Source: an uncultured Desulfobacteraceae bacterium (GTDB lineage: Bacteria; Desulfobacterota; DSM-4660; Desulfatiglandales; Desulfatiglandaceae). From it: a stretch of 36,894 bases of DNA. The notes under the pieces are model-generated. The model worked only from the letters and a program-made list of their open reading frames with translations, was not told the DNA's origin and ran no database searches. The DNA lies in the NCBI GenBank assembly GCA_964513115.1, contig CAZENC010000001.1:1-36894 (forward strand), written 5' to 3'. Below are positions 27,671-35,251 of the stretch, piece by piece (the stretch's first letter is position 1; each line of letters begins with the position of its first letter). A program made the translations under genes and the position numbers.

Positions 27671-28873
27671 TCAATTATCCCCTTTTAATTCCAACACCTT
27701 ATGATAGACAGATAACGTATCCGCTGTTGTCTTTTCCCAGGTCATTTTTTCTGCCAGAAGACGTCCCTTCTTTCCTAATTCCCTTCGGTAGTCTTTTCCT
27801 ACCAGCCTGCGTAAAGAATCTGCTATTTCTCCGGGATCATTGGGATCATTTAGAATAATTGCTTCCTGCTCCGTGATACATTCTGCAATACCGGCATATC
27901 TATCGCAACTTATTACCGTTGCAACACCGCACATCATTGCTTCCAAAGGCGCCATACCCGCTGGATCGGAGAGGGTAGGCAGAATAAAGACATCTGAAAT
28001 AGCATATGCTTCCTCAATGTTCTCAACCAGTCCAAGAAAGATGACATCCCTTTCAATCCCCAAGCCTTTTGCCGCCGACAAATAGCGATCCGGCCTTCCC
28101 TCACCCGCGATTACGAGTTTCCTGTTTGAGCGGGGTAAAAGCGCAAACCCTTTAAGCAGAGCATCAAGACCTTTTCTCTTAAACTCGGTCCCTACAAACA
28201 GGATAACCAGATCATCCTTCTCAATTCCCAGTTTGGACCTCAAGTTTTTTCGGTTTTCAGCAATATCTTCCTCTGTCGTCAGATTGCTATCCACACCTGG
28301 ATAAACAATTCCAAAACATTCATCAGGCAGTGGATAATTGATCTGGATATTTTTCTTTACATTCTCAGATACGGCGATCCACAATCTTTCTCTGTTTTGT
28401 GCGAACTGTCTTTTCTCGAGCCAGAGATATGCCAGCTTGCGTGGGCTAAAGGCCACTGAAAGCCAGACTAAAAACCTTTTCAGAGGACTCTTGTGACGGG
28501 TTACGATCGAACGAAAACAGGGACAATGTACAGTCAGCACGTCAAACTGACAAACACGTTCGTGAGTATGGACAATGTCGAAAGAATCATCCAAAGACCG
28601 GCGGGTAAAAAGGGAAAAAAGAAGCTGATTCAAAAAACTAGGTCTTCCGAAAAACCTCGGAATTTTATGAAATGTAATCTTCTCTTTTCCTTCAAAAGAC
28701 CATTCCTGCGCAAAGACTGAAACATCGTGCTCACGAGCCAAGCGGCGTGTTACTTCCACGGCATATCTCTCAGCACCTCCAGTGAGAACGAACCGGCGAA
28801 TCAGTACGGCAATCTTCAATTTTTCTTTTGGAGATCCCGTGGATGGATTGAAAACATTTTCCATAGGCGTCAA
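27671..28873 (-). CDS. family 4 (GT-B, WaaG-like) glycosyltransferase
   Basis: N-terminal GGAERY motif and C-terminal E..G....EAM..G motif (PTLSDPAGMAPLEAMMCG). Confidence 0.85.
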   Translation of the reverse strand: MTPMENVFNPSTGSPKEKLKIAVLIRRFVLTGGAERYAVEVTRRLAREHDVSVFAQEWSFEGKEKITFHKIPRFFGRPSFLNQLLFSLFTRRSLDDSFDIVHTHERVCQFDVLTVHCPCFRSIVTRHKSPLKRFLVWLSVAFSPRKLAYLWLEKRQFAQNRERLWIAVSENVKKNIQINYPLPDECFGIVYPGVDSNLTTEEDIAENRKNLRSKLGIEKDDLVILFVGTEFKRKGLDALLKGFALLPRSNRKLVIAGEGRPDRYLSAAKGLGIERDVIFLGLVENIEEAYAISDVFILPTLSDPAGMAPLEAMMCGVATVISCDRYAGIAECITEQEAIILNDPNDPGEIADSLRRLVGKDYRRELGKKGRLLAEKMTWEKTTADTLSVYHKVLELKGDN

Positions 28874-28886
28874 AATCTAAATATAC

Positions 28887-29858
28887 TCAGGCCTTCTCGG
28901 AAAAAAGGTTTTCAATTCTTATACCTTTTTCTCTTAGAATTTTTTTATTGGCAAGGAGTTCTTTGCCGACAATCCTGTCCACCACGTAGACCAGGTTCCC
29001 GCCTTTTTCAGCATATCTCTGGCCGTAAGAAATGGGGACATCCGGGCCTGGATCCCCCAGAAGCGATTCGGCGACTGCCTTGACCTTCCGCCTGCCGCAA
29101 GCCAACAGCACCACCTTTCGTGCCTGATAGACCAGTTCGGCACCCATGCTGATGGCGTAACGTGGACATTCCTTTTCAGAGGGAAAATGCCCGTCAGAAA
29201 CGGCATTGGCTACAGTGTTGTCGTCCAGTTTCACAAGCATCACACCGCTGCCTTTAAAAGGAATTCCAGATTCATGGAAGGCCACGTGACCGCGTCCGCC
29301 GACACCAATAATCTGTAAATCAATGCCGCCCGCCTTTTTGATCTTACTGGAATATCCCATCAGTATTTCCTTGCGAACCCAGGCGAGATATGCAGAAGCC
29401 GGTTTGGGTCTGATCACAATCGACTTTCCTGCATCTTTACCCCTTACATTCCAGTCCCCGGGATTGACTTTGAGTTCACGTATCAGTCGCTGCTGATTGA
29501 TCAATGAACCATAAGGAACATCCGTTTCCATAAACTTACGTTTGAGAAGGCCAAATAACTCCTGTATCATGAAATAGCAGTAGCTCTCCGGGTGCATCAT
29601 TCGCTGCTGGGCGTTTTCGCCGGGGAGACCTGCATATTCGTCCAGGTTAAAACTACGAACCCGGCCGCTTTCGAATTCACCGGCATTGGCTGCCTTGGCA
29701 AGGTGCTTGTAAAGACCTGTAGGTGAATTTCCCGTAGCCAACCCCAGCACGAACTGCTTTTTCTTTCCCAAGGTTCGAATTATATCCTGCTTGACAATTT
29801 CAGCCCCTACCTTGCTCATGTGCCTAAAATCCCTGGTCAAAACAGTCTTGATTGTCAT
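28887..29858 (-). CDS. nagB: glucosamine-6-phosphate deaminase/isomerase family protein (long form)
   Basis: LGLATGNSPTGLY, FNLDEY and GIGGRGHVAFHE-type motifs of the NagB/Pgl family. 323 aa, about 55 aa longer than canonical NagB. Confidence 0.75.
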   Translation of the reverse strand: MTIKTVLTRDFRHMSKVGAEIVKQDIIRTLGKKKQFVLGLATGNSPTGLYKHLAKAANAGEFESGRVRSFNLDEYAGLPGENAQQRMMHPESYCYFMIQELFGLLKRKFMETDVPYGSLINQQRLIRELKVNPGDWNVRGKDAGKSIVIRPKPASAYLAWVRKEILMGYSSKIKKAGGIDLQIIGVGGRGHVAFHESGIPFKGSGVMLVKLDDNTVANAVSDGHFPSEKECPRYAISMGAELVYQARKVVLLACGRRKVKAVAESLLGDPGPDVPISYGQRYAEKGGNLVYVVDRIVGKELLANKKILREKGIRIENLFSEKA

Positions 29859-29913
29859 TCCAAATCTCCTTACGGTTATGAAAAACCCTGCTTTGTTTTT
29901 CCAAAAGGCAAAA

Positions 29914-31263
29914 TCAGCCGAGAATGGTTTTTACCGCCTCTGCAATCTGCCTGCAATACCTTTTGGTCAGATCATCACTGGGCCCCTCGACCATTACGCG
30001 ACATACATTTTGTGTGCCTGAATAGCGCACCAGCACGCGGCCCTGGTCACCCAGTTCCGTTTCCACCTGCCTGATTACCTCTACCACTTGAGGCACTGAT
30101 GAGATCTCCGGTTTGCTCTTGACAGCCACATTGATAAGTTCTTGTGGGTAGATATCCATCATGGCCGCCAGTTCGTGCAGCGGCTTATCCTCTCTAACCA
30201 TTGAGGAAATCAATTGTATGGCGGTAAGGATTCCGTCACCTGTGGTGTGGAGATTAAGGAAAATTATATGCCCCGAGTCCTCTCCGCCCATTACGGCACC
30301 TAACCTCCTCATATCCTCCAAAACATATCGGTCCCCCACTTTGGACGCATAGTGATTGAGCCCATATTTCTTGCAGGCAATACTCAGGCCGAGATTGCTC
30401 ATCACGGTGCTGACCACCAGGCCGTTTTCCAGCTTGCCCTGGTTTTTGAGCACATTGGCACAGATGATCAGAATCTGATCCCCGGTAACCTCATGTCCCT
30501 TGTCATCCACTGCGATCAAACGATCAGCATCGCCATCAAAGGCCAGCCCGATATCAGCGCCGCCTTCCACCACGCGTTTCCTGAGGTCTTGAGTATACTG
30601 CGATCCACAATTGTCGTTGATGTTGATTCCGTCCGGTTTATTGTGAATGACCTCAACGTCGGCGCCTAGTTCGATGAAGGTCTCCGGGGCCACCCTATAC
30701 GCAGCCCCGTTGGCCGCATCGATGACTATCTTCATGCCTTCCATTGACAAATCGCGGGGAAAGGTGTTTTTCAGAAAAACGATGTACCGTCCGAGCACAT
30801 CTTCAATGCGTTTTGCGCGGCCCATCTCCTTGGGAGGGGGGACCATATCAGGCAGTTTGCCCTCTAGAATGAGTTTTTCAATAGCCTCTTCCTCTTCGTC
30901 TGACAACTTATAACCACTCCCAGAAAAAACCTTTATGCCGTTGTCTTGGTATGGGTTATGGGAGGCGGAAATAACTATGCCAGCGTCTGCGCGCATGCTT
31001 TGGGTGATAAAAGCGATTCCGGGAGTGGTCAACACACCCACCAAATAGGGATTGCCCCCCATTGAGGTAATACCCGATTCAAGTGAGCTTTCCAGCATGT
31101 AACCTGAGATTCTGGTGTCTTTTCCTATGACCACCCGGGTACGGTGGTTTTCCTTTTTCAGCATATAGGTGATCGCTTGACCCACTGAAAAAGCCATCGC
31201 AGCATCCATCGGATAGCGATTGGCTTCTCCCCTGATTCCGTCTGTTCCAAATAATTTACCCAT
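29914..31263 (-). CDS. glmM: phosphoglucosamine mutase
   Basis: MGKLFGTDGIRG start, active-site SASHNP, and GDGDADR metal loop. Confidence 0.95.
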   Translation of the reverse strand: MGKLFGTDGIRGEANRYPMDAAMAFSVGQAITYMLKKENHRTRVVIGKDTRISGYMLESSLESGITSMGGNPYLVGVLTTPGIAFITQSMRADAGIVISASHNPYQDNGIKVFSGSGYKLSDEEEEAIEKLILEGKLPDMVPPPKEMGRAKRIEDVLGRYIVFLKNTFPRDLSMEGMKIVIDAANGAAYRVAPETFIELGADVEVIHNKPDGININDNCGSQYTQDLRKRVVEGGADIGLAFDGDADRLIAVDDKGHEVTGDQILIICANVLKNQGKLENGLVVSTVMSNLGLSIACKKYGLNHYASKVGDRYVLEDMRRLGAVMGGEDSGHIIFLNLHTTGDGILTAIQLISSMVREDKPLHELAAMMDIYPQELINVAVKSKPEISSVPQVVEVIRQVETELGDQGRVLVRYSGTQNVCRVMVEGPSDDLTKRYCRQIAEAVKTILG

Positions 31264-31298
31264 GTGTTTTCTCCTTAGATTTTATGACCGACATATAA

Positions 31299-32597
31299 TC
31301 ACGCCTTGAACAGAACCAATGATGGTAAGAGGCCCCCCGCCTTATGGCAAAGACCGTCCACGATCTTGTCAAGCCATCGTGTGCCTTCTTGCGAAACGGA
31401 TTGAGGTAAGCCCTGAATTGTATCTATATAGTTGCCGTCATTGTTTTCCTTGTAACCGTCAAAAGCGTTTAGGAAGCGGTCACGAGGCTCATTGCCCTCC
31501 CTGGCCGCTATTTCTTCCGTGAAGAGTTCACAGACCTGTTGGATCTTATTGCGAAACTCGCTCTTACCGGGAGTAGGCTGTCCGTTGCGTTCACTTTTCT
31601 TTTTGGTCTCAGGCATGTTGCCTGCCATGGCCTTGAGCCTCTTTATGCGTTCTCTCTTGGCCAATGATAGCTTATCGAGTGCACCGGCATAAATAAGCTC
31701 GCCAAATTCCTGGCCGTTGAAAAAAGAGCGGCGAACATGAATATACCATTGCTCCAGCGCCAAAAGGTTCGCGAGATAGCGGAGGTTATTTCCCACCACA
31801 CGGGAAAGCCCCGGGTAGGATTTAGGAACAAAGCGGATTACCGCCCCGCGGTGAGGTTTGCCAACAATCAACCTGTTATCCTCGAGAAAATCACTGCGCA
31901 GAATAGTGCCGGCCGCCACCACGTTGCCGTAGCCCAGCCGAAGGGGTCCTACAATTCCTCCCTGGCCGCCTAAAAAGATCGGCGGTTGGTTGAGCATCAC
32001 TCCCCTAGGGACCTCTCCGATGAGCGATGCAGTAGTTTTGTCGCCATCGGGAGTAAAGTTAAAATGGATGTATGAACTGCCGACTTCGCTGTGGTCCTTG
32101 CGGCTGGTTCCACCGGCCATAAGGCAATCGCAGAAGTTGATCAGGCTCCCGAGTGTGACGAAAGGAAAAAGAATCGTCTGCTTCAAACCAACGCAGTGTG
32201 CTCCGTTGGCCTGCTCTTCCAAGACGCACCCCTCGCGAACGTGTGCACCCAGACCCATGCTCGCTTCTTTGAGAAAAACCGCATTCTTAAAATAACCGCC
32301 TTTGAGTTCAACCCCGGGGCCGATCTGGCAATTGTCAATGGTTACCGGGCCTTCGTGCCCAATTTTGCTTCCCTCCGAGATTACCGTTTTATCGCCGTAA
32401 ATGCGGCAGCCCGGATATATCTTGACCCCTTTATCCGAAATATGATCAACGTTAACCGCTTCATCCATATCCACGGTCAGCGGATTGGGCATATCCACCC
32501 CTTTGTTAATAAGCTGGATAATCTTGTTGTGGCACTTGGGTTTGAGTTCCACTTTTCCTCCCAAAAACAGGCGAACGCATGATGACAGCAAATTCAC
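31299..32597 (-). CDS. left-handed beta-helix (hexapeptide-repeat) protein with C-terminal helical extension, GlmU C-terminal-like
   Basis: Successive hexapeptide-like turns over roughly residues 55-240, with no nucleotidyltransferase (Rossmann) domain. GTG start at 32597; an alternative ATG lies 35 codons downstream. Confidence 0.6.
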   Translation of the reverse strand: MNLLSSCVRLFLGGKVELKPKCHNKIIQLINKGVDMPNPLTVDMDEAVNVDHISDKGVKIYPGCRIYGDKTVISEGSKIGHEGPVTIDNCQIGPGVELKGGYFKNAVFLKEASMGLGAHVREGCVLEEQANGAHCVGLKQTILFPFVTLGSLINFCDCLMAGGTSRKDHSEVGSSYIHFNFTPDGDKTTASLIGEVPRGVMLNQPPIFLGGQGGIVGPLRLGYGNVVAAGTILRSDFLEDNRLIVGKPHRGAVIRFVPKSYPGLSRVVGNNLRYLANLLALEQWYIHVRRSFFNGQEFGELIYAGALDKLSLAKRERIKRLKAMAGNMPETKKKSERNGQPTPGKSEFRNKIQQVCELFTEEIAAREGNEPRDRFLNAFDGYKENNDGNYIDTIQGLPQSVSQEGTRWLDKIVDGLCHKAGGLLPSLVLFKA

Positions 32598-32940
32598 CCA
32601 TTTTCATTGATTAGACTTCTTGTTAGCAAAAATCACATCATTTATTTCAAGTTCTTAGTAATCCAACCTGATCTTACATTAGCGCATGATAGAAAAAATA
32701 GGATTGCATGTCAAATTTACATGGCTTTCGTATGCATTTGATGTGGCAGGAAATGGACATTATCCAAAGCGTAAACAACTTGTTTGACATAAAACCAAAA
32801 AATGGCATACTTAATCTGGCTATTCATAAAAATCAGCGGGTTAAAACAGAACACATAAAGAACAAGGATTACGAGAAACCCTTAACCTTAGAGACCCTGT
32901 CCATATACTTAGAAACGATGTCCAACAGCTTAATGAACAA

Positions 32941-32984
32941 CCCTGTAGCAAGACTTCGGCGAGCTTAGTCGAGCCGCTACAGGG
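32941..32984 (+). promoter_or_regulatory. 9-bp GC-rich hairpin in the rapZ leader
   Basis: CCCTGTAGC (32941-32949) pairs with GCTACAGGG (32976-32984). An inner GACT/AGTC helix is possible. It lies 65 nt upstream of rapZ ATG 33050. Confidence 0.35.
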
Positions 32985-33049
32985 AATTACCAAGTTAAAA
33001 AGCCCCTGCTCTTTTGAGGTTCAAAAACACCAGGGATGATATCAACATT

Positions 33050-33916
33050 ATGAAAAACCTAAACATGATCATTATTACGGGTCTATCAGGCTCAGGGAAG
33101 AGCACAGCCATTCACGCCCTTGAAGATGCGGGCTATTTTTGTGTGGACAATATGCCTGTCGCGTTGCTTCCCAAATTCCTGGAGCTACGCTCTGGCAGCG
33201 TCTCGGAAGTGCAGAAACTTGCATTTGGCATGGACCTCAGGGAAAAGGAATTCGTCAAAGAATACCAGGCGATCTTCAACCAGCTCCGAGAAGAAGGTTA
33301 TCGCTTGGAGGTCATCTTCTTGGAGGCATCTGAAGATGTCCTGTTGAAGCGATACAGCCAGACACGAAGGCAGCACCCTGCTCGTCAGGGACGCAACCTG
33401 CTCGAGAGTATCCAAGCGGAAAAAAAACAATTAAAGGGCCTGAAAGAATTTGCCGTCAAGATAATTGATACATCCAGCTTAACAGTGCATGAACTCAAAG
33501 ATGTGATAATTAAACATGCAGAGCGCGGTGTCAAGACAGAAAGGATGCGAATAACGGTTCTTTCGTTCGGCTTCAAGTATGGCGTCCCTCTTGAAACAGA
33601 TCTCTTGATCGACGTTAGGTTTATCCCCAACCCCTACTTTATTCCCGAATTCAAAAACCTTGATGGCAAGGATGACAGGGTCAAAGAATTTGTAAAAAAA
33701 TGGCCGGAAACCATAGGCTTCTTCCAAAAATATTTTACGCTCCTCGAATATCTGATACCCCTTTATGAAAAGGAGGGCAAATCATATTTGACCATTGCAG
33801 TTGGTTGCACTGGAGGGAGGCATCGGTCTGTAAGCATTGCCGAAGAAATCTCAGCCCATCTTAAAAAGCTCAACCGGCGGGTCAGCTTGAGCCATCGGGA
33901 TATTGAGCTGGCCTAA
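33050..33916 (+). CDS. rapZ: RNase adapter protein RapZ (YvcJ/YhbJ P-loop NTPase)
   Basis: Walker A GLSGSGKS near the N-terminus and C-terminal GCTGGRHRSV motif. ATG 33050 is preferred over the TTG at 33014. Confidence 0.9.
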   Translation: MKNLNMIIITGLSGSGKSTAIHALEDAGYFCVDNMPVALLPKFLELRSGSVSEVQKLAFGMDLREKEFVKEYQAIFNQLREEGYRLEVIFLEASEDVLLKRYSQTRRQHPARQGRNLLESIQAEKKQLKGLKEFAVKIIDTSSLTVHELKDVIIKHAERGVKTERMRITVLSFGFKYGVPLETDLLIDVRFIPNPYFIPEFKNLDGKDDRVKEFVKKWPETIGFFQKYFTLLEYLIPLYEKEGKSYLTIAVGCTGGRHRSVSIAEEISAHLKKLNRRVSLSHRDIELA

Positions 33917-33969
33917 TAACCATCTTTTTCTAATGAACGATCCTTCAACGACTCTTCTGCGTACCGGAA

Positions 33970-33989
33970 AAAAGTGCCATGCGGAGCCT
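33970..33989. repeat. direct repeat copy 1 (AAAAGTGCCATGCGGAGCCT)
   Basis: Perfect 20-nt match to 34221-34240. Weaker similarity continues for about 14 nt (ATAA.GGCA.T). Confidence 0.9.
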
Positions 33990-34059
33990 TTTATAAGGCA
34001 CTACCAGCCAACTTAATCCTATACAAAGGGTGATGCTTTATGGGTGGCGAAGCTATGGG

Positions 34060-34226
34060 GCTCTTCGAAAGGCCGCATCTTTCGGATCAAAGCTCCTCAG
34101 GCCTGGATTGCGGCCCGAGTCGCGGTCTGCATTGCACCGGACTAATGGTATAAACCACCTTCCGTTCCAGCAGGCCGCAGGGAGGGCCGCGTGCAAATCA
34201 GGAGCAGATGCGGACTTAAGAAAAGT
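34060..34226. ncRNA. candidate rod-like structured RNA (unidentified, possibly 6S-like); strand unresolved
   Basis: Strictly nested helices: 34073-80/34206-13 (8 bp), 34092-97/34200-05 (6 bp), 34110-16/34184-90 (7 bp), 34122-30/34170-78 (9 bp), 34138-41/34161-64 (4 bp), 34146-49/34154-57 (4 bp, tetraloop). Weaker closing pairs run out to about 34060/34226. The region is a GC-rich island in a convergent spacer. Confidence 0.3.
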
Positions 34227-34240
34227 GCCATGCGGAGCCT
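34221..34240. repeat. direct repeat copy 2 (AAAAGTGCCATGCGGAGCCT)
   Basis: Perfect 20-nt match to 33970-33989, 251 bp away. Confidence 0.9.
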
Positions 34241-34273
34241 CATAAACGGCAGTTGAGTGCAACACATACCCTC

Positions 34274-35185
34274 CTATTCAAGTTCAAACTCTTCAGATTC
34301 TTCAGTTGGATAGAAAAGATACGAATGTTCCTCCCTAATCTTATCACGCTCAGCATGAAGGAGGAATTCTTCCGCATTCTTTCGAAAGTCTCTGGCTCGG
34401 CTTTCCATATCCACCAGTCTTTCATTGACACCCTTCTCCCGCAACATTGCCTTAACCTCACTGAACAAACCTTCACTTCCAAAAAGCAATTCGCCCTCAT
34501 TAAGAATCTTACATGCGACCATATGTTTGAACGTGTCGAAACCCGCCTGTTCCCGGACACGGGTCAGCTTCTTTACCACATAATCGATTTCCTCTTTCAC
34601 GTGCGGCGTAACGAGCAATCTGTACTTCTCCTTATAAATGGCTTCGTCCAGCCTCTTCATCAAGGCATCGGGGACCTGGTCATCAGCAATTACAACCATA
34701 TCAATATCCGAGCCATTGACCATTTTTCCGGTACTTTTCTCCGGCCGCGGCACATCATGTGCCATATTATACACAATATCCCCAGCTATTACAAAACAGG
34801 CCTGGTGTTCCAGGGCCCATTCGCACTCAAACTGACTGGCGAGGCCAGAAGCTATTCGGTAGCCCAGTTCGCGTTTGTCTTTGCTGACCTCCTCCATGTT
34901 TAGGATCACAGTTCGGGCCTTTTTCTCAACTAAATCTTCGTCCCCTGAAAGCCCAACGACAGAATAGGTCAAAAACTCCCTCCATATGGATGGCGAAAGC
35001 CTGGCAAAACCATTCACACGTCTGTCCAGTCTCAGATAACGAATACCCGTGGTTTGGATCATCAAATCACTGGAAATCCTGCAAATACGCCAAAGGTTCA
35101 AACCGTCACCTCCGACCTCTGCCCATATCTCCGATCCGGTCAAAGGCCCGTTCTCCTCTATAAGGCTGATGATTTTCTTTTCCAT
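34274..35185 (-). CDS. hypothetical protein: N-terminal winged-helix-like domain + nucleotidyltransferase-like core
   Basis: 303 aa. The N-terminus IISLIEENGPLTGSEIW resembles a wHTH. The central VIAGD...NGSDIDMVVI resembles the pol-beta NTase G..(n)SD.D motif. Acidic C-terminal tail. No named family recognised. Confidence 0.6.
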   Translation of the reverse strand: MEKKIISLIEENGPLTGSEIWAEVGGDGLNLWRICRISSDLMIQTTGIRYLRLDRRVNGFARLSPSIWREFLTYSVVGLSGDEDLVEKKARTVILNMEEVSKDKRELGYRIASGLASQFECEWALEHQACFVIAGDIVYNMAHDVPRPEKSTGKMVNGSDIDMVVIADDQVPDALMKRLDEAIYKEKYRLLVTPHVKEEIDYVVKKLTRVREQAGFDTFKHMVACKILNEGELLFGSEGLFSEVKAMLREKGVNERLVDMESRARDFRKNAEEFLLHAERDKIREEHSYLFYPTEESEEFELE

Positions 35186-35251
35186 AGAATTACATTAACA
35201 TGAAAAACATTTGCATATACCATAAAAATTCCTTTTAATAGGAACATAAAA

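Noticed and set aside
32803-32818. Sigma-54-like TGGCAT-N5 element upstream of rapZ
   Set aside because: The -12 element is absent (ATCT instead of TTGC at the correct spacing). A similar TGGCAG at about 13404 also lacks a proper GC dinucleotide.
32708-32968. 86-aa ORF in the spacer upstream of rapZ
   Set aside because: AT-rich with low-complexity Asn/Lys/Leu content, no recognisable domain and no convincing RBS. Treated as non-coding leader or promoter DNA, although a small protein cannot be excluded.
34030-34265. Overlapping 71-aa (+) and 70-aa (-) ORFs in the rapZ downstream spacer
   Set aside because: They overlap each other almost completely. They have Arg/Ala/Gly/Cys-rich composition typical of random frames in GC-rich DNA and no RBS. 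They coincide with the nested-helix region, so they are better explained as by-products of a structured RNA or repeat.
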